Of a stretch of 64,000 nt of DNA, positions 11,591 through 22,218 are shown in pieces. The notes under the pieces were generated by a model. It was not told the origin of the DNA and ran no database searches. It worked only from the letters and a program-made list of their open reading frames with translations. Both the position numbers and the translations under genes were made by a program. The stretch is from Candidatus Methylomirabilia bacterium. GTDB lineage: Bacteria > Methylomirabilota > Methylomirabilia > Rokubacteriales > CSP1-6. Positions within the stretch are counted from its first letter, which is position 1. Every line of letters begins with the position of its first letter. The stretch is from positions 32,001-96,000 of the forward strand of contig JBGQEL010000004.1 of assembly GCA_041496385.1 (NCBI GenBank). The letters run 5' to 3'.

Positions 11591-12178
11591 TCAGTTCCGG
11601 CACGGCTCGCCCGCCTTCCGCGGCTGCGCGTCCTTCTGCCCGTCCTTCTTGCCGTCCTCGCGCGGGTAGAAGATCCCCTTGACGCGGCCGCCCTCGACGA
11701 CCGAGCGGTCCTGCGAGAGGTAGATCGTGATCTTGTCGCCGCTCACCACGTTGTCGTCCTGCCAGACCCGGGCGTTGCCGATGAGCACGATGCGCTGCTC
11801 CAGGTCGTAGTACTCGGCGCGCTTCGCCGTCCCGGTGTTGCAGTCGCGCGTGATGATCCGGACGCTCCCCGTCGAGATCGCGCGCAGCACGCGATCGCCC
11901 TTCTCGTCGAAGTAGACCTCCGTCCGGTCGGCGTACTGGACCGAGTTGTTCTGGCGGGCGACGACGTTGCCGGTGAAGATGACGAGGTTCTCCTTGCCGA
12001 AGCGCTCCATCCGGTCGGCGTCGACGGTCAGCGGCTGGCTCCGGTCGTCCCGCTCCTTGGCCTTGGCCGCGCCGGGCGCCGGGGCGGGCGCGGTCTGCGC
12101 GTGGAGCCGCGCGGCGCCCGTCGAGAGACACAGGACGCCCGCCGCGAGACCCGCCGCGAGACCGGCGACCCGCCTCAT
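11591..12178 (-). CDS. lptA: LptA/OstA family LPS transport periplasmic protein
   Basis: Signal-peptide-like N-terminus from ATG 12178; FTGNVVARQ and LIGNARVWQ..VSGDKI OstA-type strands; synteny. Confidence 0.85.
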   Translation of the reverse strand: MRRVAGLAAGLAAGVLCLSTGAARLHAQTAPAPAPGAAKAKERDDRSQPLTVDADRMERFGKENLVIFTGNVVARQNNSVQYADRTEVYFDEKGDRVLRAISTGSVRIITRDCNTGTAKRAEYYDLEQRIVLIGNARVWQDDNVVSGDKITIYLSQDRSVVEGGRVKGIFYPREDGKKDGQKDAQPRKAGEPCRN

Positions 12179-12756
12179 CGACCCGGGGCTTTCGCGAACA
12201 CCGCATGCACTCGTCCCGCCATCGTCGTCGTCTCCTCCGCCATCCGGACGTCGAGCGCCGTTCCGTCCGCGACCGCACCGTCGCGCGACATGCGCACCGG
12301 CGCGTCCGTCCACAGCCGCTTCTCGGCGCCCTGCCAGCGGAGCACGCTTGTCTCCAGCCTGAGGCCGTCGCTCGAAGTCAGGACCACGTTGCGCCGGATC
12401 TCGACGTTGCTCGTCCGCTGGAAGAGGTCACCCTCGTCGCCCACGATCGTCCAGGTGCGGTCGCGCTCGAAGACGTTGACCGAGATGCGCTTGAGGGCGG
12501 TGCGCCCCTCCTCGTCGAACACCAGCGCCTGCTCGGCCTTGAGCCGCCATCGGACGCCCCCCGACTCCTCCTCGAGCTCCACTTCCTTGATCCGGAGGTC
12601 GGCGCTCACCGTTGCCGGCCCGGCGGGCTCCAGGCGTGTCGCGCGACTCCTGACGGTGAGGGTGACCGCCACCACCACGATGAAGAGCACGACCACGGCC
12701 AGGATCGCCCTGGCGATCCGCCGGGTGTCTCGAATTCCGGATTTGCCTGATTTCAC
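12175..12756 (-). CDS. lptC: LPS export ABC transporter periplasmic protein LptC
   Basis: Single N-terminal TM helix, beta-jellyroll-type sequence (LETSVLRW, TDAPV); synteny; start codon uncertain. Confidence 0.85.
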   Translation of the reverse strand: MKSGKSGIRDTRRIARAILAVVVLFIVVVAVTLTVRSRATRLEPAGPATVSADLRIKEVELEEESGGVRWRLKAEQALVFDEEGRTALKRISVNVFERDRTWTIVGDEGDLFQRTSNVEIRRNVVLTSSDGLRLETSVLRWQGAEKRLWTDAPVRMSRDGAVADGTALDVRMAEETTTMAGRVHAVFAKAPGR

Positions 12757-12795
12757 CGATGGCTCACAATCTTCTCGGTCGGGACGCGCTCTCTT

Positions 12796-12811
12796 TGCAA
12801 TTTCGATACCA
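12796..12811 (-). promoter_or_regulatory. Sigma-54 -24/-12 site upstream of lptC-lptA-lptB-rpoN
   Basis: Minus strand TGGTATCGAAATTGCA = GG-N10-GC, close to consensus TGGCACG-N4-TTGCW, in an AT-richer intergenic gap. Confidence 0.7.
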
Positions 12812-12854
12812 CACTACCACACAGAGGAGGAAGGGGGAAAGCGAAAACCGGGCG

Positions 12855-13826
12855 TCAGACGATCTTGGCCCTCAGGATGTCGTGTAGGTGGATCAGGCCG
12901 ACGGGCCGACGATCCTGATCGACGATCACCAGGCTCGTGATCTGCCAGGTTTCCATGACCTCCAGCGCCTTCGCGGCGAGGTCGTCGCCGCCGATGAGCT
13001 TGGGGTCGCGCGTCGCGGCCTCGCCGGCCGTGAGGGTGTGGAGCGAGACGTCCCGCACGTGGAGCCGGCGGAGATCGCCGTCGGTGACGACACCGGCGAG
13101 CCTTCCGTCGGCGTCGACCACGATCGTCATCCCCTTGCGCTTGGTCGTCATCTCCGCGATCGCCTCCGTCAGCGGCGTCCGCGCCCCGACGATGGGCAGC
13201 GCGTCCCCGGTGAGCATGAGGTCGGCGACGCGCACGAGGGCTCGCCAGCCGAGGGCCCCTCGCGGATGGAGCGCCGCGTAGTCTTCCGGGCGAAGGCCGC
13301 GTAGCTCGAGCAGGACCATCGCCAGCGCATCACCCGCGGCCAGCGCGGCGGTGGTGCTCGAGGTCGGCGCGAGATTCATCGGACACGCTTCCTCTGCGAC
13401 GCTCACGTCGAGCACGACGTCGCACTGGCGGGCGAGCGTGGAGCCGGGGCTTCCGGTCAGCAGGACGATCGCGACACCGAGCCGCTTGAGGGGCGGCAGG
13501 ATCGCGAGGACCTCGTCGGTCTCGCCCGAGTTGGAGAGTGCCAGAACGACGTCGCCCCGCGCCACCATGCCCAGATCCCCGTGGACGCCCTCGGCGGGGT
13601 GCAGGAAATACGCCGGGGTCCCCGTGGAGGCGAGGGTCGAGGCGACCTTGCGCCCGATCAGTCCCGACTTCCCCATGCCGGTCACGATCACGCGACCGGT
13701 GCAGCCGTGGAGCAGCTCGACCGCCCGGTCGAAGCGGTCGTCGAGCTTCGCGAGAAGGCCGAGGATCGCCTCGGCCTCGAGGCGCAACACGCGCTCTGCG
13801 AGCCGCCGCAGGTCCGGCGTCATCAT
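12855..13826 (-). CDS. kdsD: Arabinose-5-phosphate isomerase, KdsD/GutQ family (SIS + CBS)
   Basis: GMGKSG, HGDLG, SNSGET, APTSSTT motifs; C-terminal CBS pair. Confidence 0.93.
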   Translation of the reverse strand: MMTPDLRRLAERVLRLEAEAILGLLAKLDDRFDRAVELLHGCTGRVIVTGMGKSGLIGRKVASTLASTGTPAYFLHPAEGVHGDLGMVARGDVVLALSNSGETDEVLAILPPLKRLGVAIVLLTGSPGSTLARQCDVVLDVSVAEEACPMNLAPTSSTTAALAAGDALAMVLLELRGLRPEDYAALHPRGALGWRALVRVADLMLTGDALPIVGARTPLTEAIAEMTTKRKGMTIVVDADGRLAGVVTDGDLRRLHVRDVSLHTLTAGEAATRDPKLIGGDDLAAKALEVMETWQITSLVIVDQDRRPVGLIHLHDILRAKIV

Positions 13827-14668
13827 GGGCGCAGCGCCGCGGCGATGGCGCGGAGCTCACGGAGGAGGTGCGGCAGATCGTCGATGCGAAGCATGTTGGG
13901 CCCGTCGGACAGCGGCCGGCCGTCCGGCAGGGTGCGGTCCGGGTCCTCGTGCATCTCCATGAACAGCGCGTCCACGCCGACCGCGACGGCCGCGCGCGCG
14001 AGGGCGGGAACGTACCGCCGTTCCCCGCCCGACCGGTCGCCGGCGCCCCCCGGGAGCTGCACCGAGTGGGTCGCGTCGAACACCACCGGGAACCCGAGCT
14101 CACGCATGTCGGCCAGCCCGCGCATGTCCACGACGAGGTTATGGTAACCGAAGGAGGTCCCCCGCTCCGTGAGGAGGACCCGGCGGTTCCCGGCCGACAC
14201 GATCTTGTCCACGACGTTCCGCATGTCGTGCGGAGCCAGGAACTGGCCCTTCTTCACGTTGACGGGCTTTCCCGTCCGCGCAGCGGCGACGATCAGGTCG
14301 GTCTGCCGGCACAGGAACGCGGGGATCTGGAGCACGTCGAGGACCGCCGCGGCCGGCTCCACCTCCGAGACCTGGTGGACGTCCGACAGCACGGGGATCC
14401 CGAGCGTCTCGCGCACCTTTCGGAGGATCCGTAGCCCCTCGACGAGACCGGGCCCCCGGTAGCCGTTGATCGAGGATCGGTTGGCCTTGTCGTAGGACGA
14501 TTTGTAGATGAAGGGCACCCGCTGCTCGGCGGCGATCGTCGCCAGGCGCTCGGCCGTCATGAGCGCGTGCTTCTCGCTCTCGATGGCGCACGGCCCGCCG
14601 ATCAGGACCAGCGGCCGGCCGCCCCCGATGGGGATCGTGTCGACCTGGACCTCGGCGGTCGGCGTCAT
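13823..14668 (-). CDS. kdsA: KDO8P synthase
   Basis: [28 protein letters not shown] and DATHSVQ motifs. Confidence 0.96.
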   Translation of the reverse strand: MTPTAEVQVDTIPIGGGRPLVLIGGPCAIESEKHALMTAERLATIAAEQRVPFIYKSSYDKANRSSINGYRGPGLVEGLRILRKVRETLGIPVLSDVHQVSEVEPAAAVLDVLQIPAFLCRQTDLIVAAARTGKPVNVKKGQFLAPHDMRNVVDKIVSAGNRRVLLTERGTSFGYHNLVVDMRGLADMRELGFPVVFDATHSVQLPGGAGDRSGGERRYVPALARAAVAVGVDALFMEMHEDPDRTLPDGRPLSDGPNMLRIDDLPHLLRELRAIAAALRP

Positions 14669-14703
14669 GTCATTTCACCGCTCGCCTCGGCCGTCGAACG
14701 GCC

Positions 14704-16308
14704 TCAGCACGCACGGCCATACTCCAGGGCGGCCCGCACGAAGCCTGCGAAGAGCGGGTGCGGGTCCCACGGACGCGAGCGGAACTCCGGATGGAATTGC
14801 GCGGCGACGAAATACGGGTGCTCCGGGATCTCCACGATCTCGACGAGCTGTTTCTCCGCCCAGATGCCCGAGATCCGAAGCCCGTGCTTCTCGAGCTTCG
14901 CGAGGTAGTCGTTGTTGACCTCGTAGCGATGCCGGTGGCGCTCCTGGATGATGCCCTGGCCGTAGAGCCGCGAGGCGAGGCTCCCCTCGCCCAGCACGAC
15001 CGGGTAGAGGCCGAGCCGCATCGTGCCGCCCTTGTCGGCGACCTCGCGCTGCTCGGGCAGGAGGTCGATGACCCGGTGCGCCGCGTCCGGCTCGAACTCG
15101 GTCGAGTTCGCGCCGCTGAGGCCGCACACGTGGCGCGCGAACTCGATCACCGCGCACTGCATGCCGAGGCAGATCCCGAAGTACGGGACGCGCTGCTCGC
15201 GCGCGTGGCGGACGGCCTGGATCTTCCCCTCGATCCCGCGGTCGCCGAAACCGCCCGGCACGAGGATGCCGTGAACGTCGGCGAAGTGACGGGCGGCGCC
15301 CTCGCGCTCGACCTGCTCGGCATCGACCCAGCGGACGTCGACGCGCGCCTCGTTCGCGATGCCGCCGTGCGCGAGCGCCTCGACGAGGCTCTTGTAGGAG
15401 TCCTTGATCTCGACATACTTCCCGACCACCGCGATCCGCGTCTCGGCACGCGGCGATTTCACGCGCTTCACGACGGCCTCCCAGCGCGAGAGGTCCCCCG
15501 GCCGGGACTCGAGGCCCAGGAGCTTGCCGATCATGTCGTCGAGACCTTCCTTGTGGAAGACGAGGGGCACCTCGTAGACGGTCTCGACGTCCTTGGCGGT
15601 GATGACCGCCTCCTCCTCCACGTCGCAGAAGAGCGCGATCTTCGACTTGATGCCGGGCGGGAGGTAGCGGTCGGTGCGACAGAGCAGGATGTCGGGCTGG
15701 ATCCCGATCGCGCGCAGCTCCTTCACGGAGTGCTGGGTGGCCTTCGTCTTGAGCTCCGCCGCCGCCTGCATGAAGGGCACGAGCGTCAGGTGCACGTAGA
15801 TGACGTTCTCCTTCCCGACGTCCTTCTTGAACTGGCGGATCGCCTCGAGGAACGGCAGCCCCTCGATGTCACCGACCGTGCCGCCGACCTCGACGATCAC
15901 GACGTCGGCGCCCCGCGCGATGCGCCGGATCGAGGCCTTGATCTCGTCGGTGATGTGGGGGATGACCTGGACGGTGCGTCCGAGGTAGTCCCCGCGCCGC
16001 TCCTTCTGGATGACCGAGAAGTAGACCTTTCCGGTCGTCACGTTGTGGTCACGGGTCACCCGCACCGACGTGAACCGCTCGTAGTGACCGAGGTCGAGGT
16101 CGGTCTCGCCGCCGTCGTCGGTGACGAAGACCTCCCCGTGCTGGTAGGGGCTCATCGTCCCCGCGTCCACGTTGATGTAGGGGTCCATCTTCTGGAGCGT
16201 GACGCTGAATCCCCGCGCCTCCAGGAGTGCGCCGATCGAGGCGGCCGCGAGCCCCTTGCCCAGGGACGACACCACGCCGCCGGTCACGAAGATGTATTTC
16301 GGGGCCAA
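14704..16308 (-). CDS. pyrG: CTP synthase
   Basis: [17 protein letters not shown] and QFHPEF motifs; TTG start. Confidence 0.97.
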   Translation of the reverse strand: MAPKYIFVTGGVVSSLGKGLAAASIGALLEARGFSVTLQKMDPYINVDAGTMSPYQHGEVFVTDDGGETDLDLGHYERFTSVRVTRDHNVTTGKVYFSVIQKERRGDYLGRTVQVIPHITDEIKASIRRIARGADVVIVEVGGTVGDIEGLPFLEAIRQFKKDVGKENVIYVHLTLVPFMQAAAELKTKATQHSVKELRAIGIQPDILLCRTDRYLPPGIKSKIALFCDVEEEAVITAKDVETVYEVPLVFHKEGLDDMIGKLLGLESRPGDLSRWEAVVKRVKSPRAETRIAVVGKYVEIKDSYKSLVEALAHGGIANEARVDVRWVDAEQVEREGAARHFADVHGILVPGGFGDRGIEGKIQAVRHAREQRVPYFGICLGMQCAVIEFARHVCGLSGANSTEFEPDAAHRVIDLLPEQREVADKGGTMRLGLYPVVLGEGSLASRLYGQGIIQERHRHRYEVNNDYLAKLEKHGLRISGIWAEKQLVEIVEIPEHPYFVAAQFHPEFRSRPWDPHPLFAGFVRAALEYGRAC

Positions 16309-16309
16309 C

Positions 16310-17950
16310 TCATCCTCCCTTCGTCATCGAGTGTCGGACGTGCTCCGTCTCCATCGTGCGGTCCTTCAGGCGACCGTCCAGGCGGCCGTCGCGCAGCTCC
16401 GCGAGCACGCGGGCCACCGCGGGCCCCCGCGGAACCCCGAGCGCCACGACGTCGTCCCCGGTGAGGGACACGGCGGACCGGCCGAGGCCCAGGTACCAGT
16501 CGAGCGTCCCGCGCGTGCGCGCGTCGCCCAGGAGCCGGAGCCAGGCGAGCCCCAGCGGCGCGCGCCCCCTGAGCTCCCGCGCACGCGCGCTCGGCGCCGC
16601 GGCCGCGGCGAGGCGCCGCGCCCCCGCGTCGTCGTCGAGGCTCTTCGCGAGACGGGCGAGCGGCTCCCCCGTGAACGCGAGCCGGGCCAGCGCGGCGTGC
16701 GCCACCTCGCGCGTCTGATCGCCGACGAGCACGAGCGCGGCGAGCTCCACAGGCGAGACGTCCAGTCCCCGAGCGGCCGCCCACGCGAGGGCGGCGGGCA
16801 GCGCCCGGCACCGCCGCCGCGTCGGCGTGGTGAATCGGTACCGCGGATCGAGCAGCCGGAACACCCCGGAGGCGCCGAGCATCGCGAGCGCCGCCTCGCC
16901 ACGCGCCTCGGCCAGGATCAGCGCCAGCTCGTTGACGATGCGCTGCCCCGAGAGGGCCGGATAGGGCGCCAGGCTGAGCGCGAGACGCGCCGCCGCCCGC
17001 GTTCCGCGATCGGGCCGCAGGCCGAGCCGCGCCGCGTAGCGTGCCGCCCGGAACAGGCGCGTGGGATCCTCGACGTAGGACAGGGGATGGAGCACGCGCA
17101 GGCGCCGCGCGGCGAGATCCTCGCGGCCGCCGAGAGGATCGAGGAGACCCCAGGAGCCCGACGCGAGCTCGATCGCCATCGCGTTCATGCCGAAATCGCG
17201 CCGCCGCAGGTCCTCGTCGATCGAGGCGGGCAGCACCCGGGGCAGCGCGCCCCGTGTCTCGTAGCGCTCGGCGCGTGCCGTCGCGACGTCGATCCTGACG
17301 CCGTCCCGTGTCTCCACCGACGCGGTGAGGAATCGCTCGTGCTCCCGCAGCGCGCCGCCGAGCTCCCGCGCGAGCCGCCGCGCGATGCCGGGGCCGTCAC
17401 CCTCGAGGACCACGTCGACATCGCGGCCGGCGACGGGTGCCCCGCGCCACACGTCGCGCACCAGTCCCCCGACCAGGTAGGCCCGCGCGTCGTGCTCGCC
17501 CGCCAGTCGTCCGATCGTCGCGCAGAGCGCCTGCGTGTCCGCCGGGAGCCCGCGCGCGACCCGCGCCGCCGCGGAAACCGCGCCCTCGCGCCCGGGACGC
17601 GGCCCGGCGATGGCGCCGAGCGCCCGTCCGCGCGCGCGCACCACGACGAGCGGAGCGCCGGCCGCGAGGAGCCGCCGCGCCGCGACCTCGCCCGCGTCCG
17701 CCTCGATCGCAGGCAGCGGGCGCGCCACCGACGACGCGGGGAGATCACCGAGGTCCAGCAGGCTCGCGCGCGCGAGATCCTCGCGCAGCACGTACCGGGG
17801 ACCCGCGGCGAGCGCGACCGCGTCGCGCTTCCGCAGCAGCGCGAGCGCCGCCCGCACGCCGATCGACGGCGGCGCCGTCACCATGCCCAGGTCCACGACG
17901 TCCGCGGCGGCAACCTGAACTTGGGGATAGGCCTGGGCGCGCTTGGCCAT
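16310..17950 (-). CDS. CBS-domain class II tRNA nucleotidyltransferase (probably the A-adding type)
   Basis: Degenerate CBS pair, then GGLVRD, DVDVV, RRDF and [12 protein letters not shown] motifs; ATG at 17950. Confidence 0.85.
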   Translation of the reverse strand: MAKRAQAYPQVQVAAADVVDLGMVTAPPSIGVRAALALLRKRDAVALAAGPRYVLREDLARASLLDLGDLPASSVARPLPAIEADAGEVAARRLLAAGAPLVVVRARGRALGAIAGPRPGREGAVSAAARVARGLPADTQALCATIGRLAGEHDARAYLVGGLVRDVWRGAPVAGRDVDVVLEGDGPGIARRLARELGGALREHERFLTASVETRDGVRIDVATARAERYETRGALPRVLPASIDEDLRRRDFGMNAMAIELASGSWGLLDPLGGREDLAARRLRVLHPLSYVEDPTRLFRAARYAARLGLRPDRGTRAAARLALSLAPYPALSGQRIVNELALILAEARGEAALAMLGASGVFRLLDPRYRFTTPTRRRCRALPAALAWAAARGLDVSPVELAALVLVGDQTREVAHAALARLAFTGEPLARLAKSLDDDAGARRLAAAAAPSARARELRGRAPLGLAWLRLLGDARTRGTLDWYLGLGRSAVSLTGDDVVALGVPRGPAVARVLAELRDGRLDGRLKDRTMETEHVRHSMTKGG

Positions 17951-17952
17951 GC

Positions 17953-18837
17953 TCACGCCCTCGGGTGGAAGCGCCGATACATCCGCGTCAGCGCGGACGA
18001 CGGCAGGTGCGTGTAGATCTGCGTGGTGGCGATGTCGGCGTGTCCCAGCATCGCCTGAATGGATCTCAGGTCGGCGCCGCCCTCGAGCAGGTGGCTCGCG
18101 AACGAATGGCGCAGCACGTGGGGCGACACGCGTGCGCGCACCCCGGCGCGCGCGGCGGCGTGGCGGACGATCAGCCAGAGGGATTGGCGGGACAGCGGCC
18201 CACCGCGCGGGTTGACGAAGACCCGGCCCGAGTCGCGCCGGCGCGTGTGAAGAGGGCGCACCTCCTTGAGGTAGCGCGTCACCCACTTCGTCGCCTCCGC
18301 GCCGACCGGCACGAGCCGTTGCTTGCGCCCCTTGCCGGTGCAGACGACATAGCCGGCGGTGAGGTTGACGTCGTCCAGTGTCAGATCGAGGCATTCGGAG
18401 GCGCGCATGCCCGTCGCGTACAGCAGCTCCAGCATGGTCCGGTCGCGGACGCCCCGAGGCCGGCTCACGTCGGGCGCCTCGACGAGCGCCGTCGCGACGT
18501 CGCGCGACAGCGTGCGCGGGAGCGGCCGGCCGCGGCGCGGCACTTCGAGGTGTTCGGTCGGGTCACGGGTGAGCTCGCCCTCGCGCAGGAGATGCCGATA
18601 GAAGCCACGGAGCGCGGAGATCCGCCGCGCCACACTCGACGGCCGAAGGCCCCGCTTCCGCAGGCGCTCGAGGTAGTCCACGATGTCGTCCGGGCCGGTC
18701 TGGGGCAGGGCGCGCCGCTGGTCGTGCAGGAAGTCGGTGAAGTCGTGGAGATCGCGGCGGTACGCGGCGAGAGTATTCCGGGATGCCCCCTGCTCCGTCT
18801 GCAGGGCCCCGAGATACTCAACCACCGCATTGGTCAT
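17953..18837 (-). CDS. xerD: Site-specific tyrosine recombinase XerD
   Basis: NTLAAYRRDL, LYATGMRASE, GKGRKQRLVP, HVLRHSFASH and LGHADIATTQIYTH motifs. Confidence 0.92.
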   Translation of the reverse strand: MTNAVVEYLGALQTEQGASRNTLAAYRRDLHDFTDFLHDQRRALPQTGPDDIVDYLERLRKRGLRPSSVARRISALRGFYRHLLREGELTRDPTEHLEVPRRGRPLPRTLSRDVATALVEAPDVSRPRGVRDRTMLELLYATGMRASECLDLTLDDVNLTAGYVVCTGKGRKQRLVPVGAEATKWVTRYLKEVRPLHTRRRDSGRVFVNPRGGPLSRQSLWLIVRHAAARAGVRARVSPHVLRHSFASHLLEGGADLRSIQAMLGHADIATTQIYTHLPSSALTRMYRRFHPRA

Positions 18838-18899
18838 AGAGTGACCACGTCGGATCTTATCACGCCGCCGCGAAATCGAGAAACTCGCACCGCCGCGGC

Positions 18900-20471
18900 T
18901 CAGGCTCCGGCGCCGCGCTCGCGTCCCGGAAGCACCCGGAGAAGCGCGGTCCGTTCGGACATCCCGAGCACGCGGCTCGCGACCCAGAAGATCCCGGCGC
19001 CGCCTGCGATCGCGACCGCCAGCCAGACCGCGTCGTGGAGGAGATCCGCCCGTGCGGGCCAGGTCGCCCGCGCGAGCCCGCACCAGAGGGCCAGCGGCAC
19101 GGTGGCGCCGGTGGTTCTGAGTCCGCTCCGCACGAGCGTGCGGCCGCCGAGCGGTCCCAGGCGCCGCCGCGCCACCCAGAGGAGCGCGACCAGGTTCACG
19201 TAGGCGCCGAGCGAGGAGGCTCCCGCCAGCCCCGCGTGCTCCAGCGGGCCCATCAGGAGCAGGGCGGCCAGCACGTTCGCCACGACCGAGACGATGCCCC
19301 ACCGCACCGCCGTGCCCGCCTCGCCGAGCGCGTAGAACGCCTGCGCGGCGATGCGTGATCCGGCGAACCCGGCGAGGCCGAGCGCGTACCAGGCGAGCGC
19401 GTCGGCCGTCGCGACGGTCTCGGCGGGCCCGAAGCGCCCGCGCTCGAAGAGGATCCGCACGATGGGCGTGCGCAGCAGGACGAGCCCGACCGTCGCCGGC
19501 ACCGAGACGAAGAGCGCGAGCCGGAGCGCGAAGTTCAGCGTCGCGGCCAGATCCCGCGTCTCGCCCGCCGCCGCCTGGCGCGCCATGACGGGCAGCGAGG
19601 CGGACGCCAGCGCGATCCCGAAGACGCCGAGCGGGAACTCCATCACCCGGTCGGCGTAGTAGAGATACGAGATCGAGCCGGGGCGCAGGAGCGAGGCCAG
19701 GAGCGTGTTGACGAACACCGTGACCTGCACGGCGGCGAGACCGAACACCGCGGGGACCAGCAGGCGCGTGAGGCGGCCGAGCGCGGGGTGTCCGAGCTCC
19801 GTCGAGGGCCCGACCAGGAGCCCGGCCGCGCTGAGGCTCGGGACCTGGACGAGGAGCTGGCCCAGCCCACCGGCGAGGACACCGATGGCCAGCGACAGGA
19901 TCGGTGGCTCGAGGCGCCCGCCCAGAAGGAGCACCGCGGCGATCATGCCGACGTTCAGGACCGCGGGGCCGATCGCGCCGGCGAAGAAGCTCCCACGCGC
20001 GTTCAGCGCGCCGGTGGCGAGTGCCGCCAGGCCCACGAGGATCAGGTACGGGAACATCACGCGCGTCAGGTACGCGCCCAGCGCGGCCTGCGCCGGATCC
20101 TGGGCGAAGCCCGGCGCGATCAGCCGCAGGAGCCACGGCGCCGCGAGCATTCCCAGCAGCGTCGTCGCGGTGAGGGTCACGAGCGCGAGCGCCAGCACGG
20201 CCCGCAGCATCCTGAGCAGCTCGGCCCGCGAGTGCCTCACCGTGTACTCGCTGAAGACCGGGACCATCGCCGTCGAGAGCGCCCCTTCGGCCAGCAGTCG
20301 CCGCAGGATGTTGGGGATCCGGAACGCCACGAAGAACGCGTCGGTCACCGGGCCGGCGCCGAAGGTCAGGGCCACGAGCATGTCGCGCCCGAACCCCGCG
20401 ATCCGCGACACCAGCGTCGCGCAGCCGATGGAGCCGAGCGCCCGGACGACCTGCCGCTCCGTCGAGCTCAC
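18900..20471 (-). CDS. murJ: Lipid II flippase MurJ (MviN)
   Basis: SRIAGFGRD, AFRIPNILRRLLAEGALS, YYADRVMEFPLG; start uncertain (GTG 20471 or ATG 20498). Confidence 0.94.
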   Translation of the reverse strand: MSSTERQVVRALGSIGCATLVSRIAGFGRDMLVALTFGAGPVTDAFFVAFRIPNILRRLLAEGALSTAMVPVFSEYTVRHSRAELLRMLRAVLALALVTLTATTLLGMLAAPWLLRLIAPGFAQDPAQAALGAYLTRVMFPYLILVGLAALATGALNARGSFFAGAIGPAVLNVGMIAAVLLLGGRLEPPILSLAIGVLAGGLGQLLVQVPSLSAAGLLVGPSTELGHPALGRLTRLLVPAVFGLAAVQVTVFVNTLLASLLRPGSISYLYYADRVMEFPLGVFGIALASASLPVMARQAAAGETRDLAATLNFALRLALFVSVPATVGLVLLRTPIVRILFERGRFGPAETVATADALAWYALGLAGFAGSRIAAQAFYALGEAGTAVRWGIVSVVANVLAALLLMGPLEHAGLAGASSLGAYVNLVALLWVARRRLGPLGGRTLVRSGLRTTGATVPLALWCGLARATWPARADLLHDAVWLAVAIAGGAGIFWVASRVLGMSERTALLRVLPGRERGAGA

Positions 20472-20472
20472 C

Positions 20473-20501
20473 TTGATATCCCGCGACCCTTCGGGCATGA
20501 T
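20473..20501 (+). promoter_or_regulatory. Putative sigma-70-type promoter of rpsT
   Basis: TTGATA-N17-CATGAT upstream of rpsT. Confidence 0.5.
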
Positions 20502-20590
20502 GCAGCGCGGACGGGATATCGCCGCGCGCGTCCCTCGCGGGTCATCCGCGCGGGCCGCGGGCGCGCGGCTCCGACGAAAGGAGTATCGAC

Positions 20591-20842
20591 GTGGCGAACA
20601 CGAGGTCGTCGATGAAGCGCATCCGTCAGAACGAGCGGCAGCGGCTCCGCAACCGGGCCGTCCGCTCGAAGGTGCGCAACGCCATCAAGATGGCCCGCGC
20701 GGGCGAGGGCGGGGTCCAGGTCGCCGCCATCCGCGAGGCGATCCGCGCCCTGGACAAGGCCGTCACCAAGGGTGTCATCCACCACAACACCGCGGCCCGC
20801 AAGAAGTCCGCGCTCGCGCGCCGCCTCGCGCCCGCCTCCTAG
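20591..20842 (+). CDS. rpsT: 30S ribosomal protein S20
   Basis: MANTRSSMKRIRQ, DKAVTKGVIHHNTAARKKS; AAAGGAG SD; divergent from murJ. Confidence 0.96.
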   Translation: MANTRSSMKRIRQNERQRLRNRAVRSKVRNAIKMARAGEGGVQVAAIREAIRALDKAVTKGVIHHNTAARKKSALARRLAPAS

Positions 20843-20862
20843 CTCCGCGACCCGGCACCGCG

Positions 20863-22218
20863 TCATCTGTCGTCCGGCGGGGTATCACACGCCGACGGCG
20901 CGGGCGCGTCCGTCCGGTCCCCGTCGCGCAGCCGGTGGAGGAGGCGCCGTGCCTCGGCGGCGAGGCACGCCCCCGCCCGGGGGCCGTAGACCGTGGCGCA
21001 GGTGATGTACGCCGGACGGTCGTAGTCGGCGGCCGTCACGAAGTAGCCGAGATAGTCGTTGGACACGCCCGCGACAAAGGCGTGGGCGAACAGCGTCCGC
21101 GCCTCGCGCTTGATCTCCAGGCCGAGCGCGGTCTGGAGCTCCCCCGGAAACGCGACCCAGGCGACGTCGCCGAGCGCGACGCCGACGAGTTCGGCCTCCG
21201 AGGGCAGCAGCCGGCCGAGCGGCACCCCGACGAACCCAGGGATCCAGCGCCCCACACAGTTCCGCACGGCGAGCCGGGGACGGGGGAGCTTGACCCGCGC
21301 TCGCCGGACCGTCAGCTCCGGGCTCGTACCGGCGCCGGCGCCGGCCCACGCCGCCCGCGCCGCGCCCGCGAGCTCCCCGCCCAGCCGGGCGAGCGCCTCC
21401 TCACCGTGGCCCGCGGGGCTCACGTCGCCGACGGCCCCGTTCACGAACAACACCGGAACGCCGAGCGCGCGCTCCAGCTCGCGCGTCGCGACGCCCATGA
21501 CGTCCCCGGAGAGCTGGAGGTTCTTCGGGCCGAGCACGGTTCCGTGGATCGCGAAGTTCCAGACGAGCGCGACGGGCGCGCCGGACGTGGACGTCACCCG
21601 AAGCGCGACGATGTCAGGGTCGAGCGCCTGGTCGAGCCGGCTCGCCGTGACCGCGGGCGCGCGGGCGCTCGCCGCGGCGACGCGCGCCTCCACCTTGGCC
21701 GCGTCGGCGGCCCGGATGGCCGCCACGACGGTCTCGACGAGCGCGGCGCGGACCCCGTCGTCCAGGCGATCCACCGCGACCCAGCCCGCCAGGCGCGACT
21801 CCATGAAGGCGCCTGGCCCCGAGTGCGTGTGGGAGGCCGAGACGATCACCGTCGCCGGCGCGACACCGGCCGCCGCGAGTCGCTGCTCGATGGCGTGCGT
21901 GAACGCGCGGTCCACGGCGAGCAGGTCCACCGTCACCCACGCCAGCCGCGCCGTGCGCGTCTCGACGACGAGCGCGCGCGCTGCGACGGGATCGAGCTGG
22001 CCCGTGTGCGGCCTGAACCAGAACGCGTGCGGCTGGCGGCCGAAGAGATCGGGGAACAGGAGCCGGCGATGGACGCTCCCGTAGCCGGCCAGCGGGGTCC
22101 CGTCGGGCACCCGGAAGGCGCTCGTCGCCGCGCCCGCGCGCAGCCCGTCGGCCGTGGCGCCCGCGGGAGCCAGGGCGAGCGCGGCGAGCATCGCGGCGGC
22201 GAGTCGGGGACGCCTCAC
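20863..22218 (-). CDS. Secreted neutral/alkaline ceramidase-like protein
   Basis: Signal peptide, PLAGYG, ASHTHSGP, NFAIHGT, GAVGDVSP, FPGE and NDYLGY motifs; GTG overlaps the holA stop. Confidence 0.8.
   Translation of the reverse strand: MRRPRLAAAMLAALALAPAGATADGLRAGAATSAFRVPDGTPLAGYGSVHRRLLFPDLFGRQPHAFWFRPHTGQLDPVAARALVVETRTARLAWVTVDLLAVDRAFTHAIEQRLAAAGVAPATVIVSASHTHSGPGAFMESRLAGWVAVDRLDDGVRAALVETVVAAIRAADAAKVEARVAAASARAPAVTASRLDQALDPDIVALRVTSTSGAPVALVWNFAIHGTVLGPKNLQLSGDVMGVATRELERALGVPVLFVNGAVGDVSPAGHGEEALARLGGELAGAARAAWAGAGAGTSPELTVRRARVKLPRPRLAVRNCVGRWIPGFVGVPLGRLLPSEAELVGVALGDVAWVAFPGELQTALGLEIKREARTLFAHAFVAGVSNDYLGYFVTAADYDRPAYITCATVYGPRAGACLAAEARRLLHRLRDGDRTDAPAPSACDTPPDDR

Noticed and set aside
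12139..12163. Short direct repeat CCGCCGCGAGAC x2
   Set aside because: Encodes the low-complexity AGLA-AGLA signal peptide of LptA; not an array
17953..18837. Tyrosine recombinase as a marker of an integrated element
   Set aside because: XerD-type motifs, embedded among housekeeping genes, no att repeats, cargo or compositional shift
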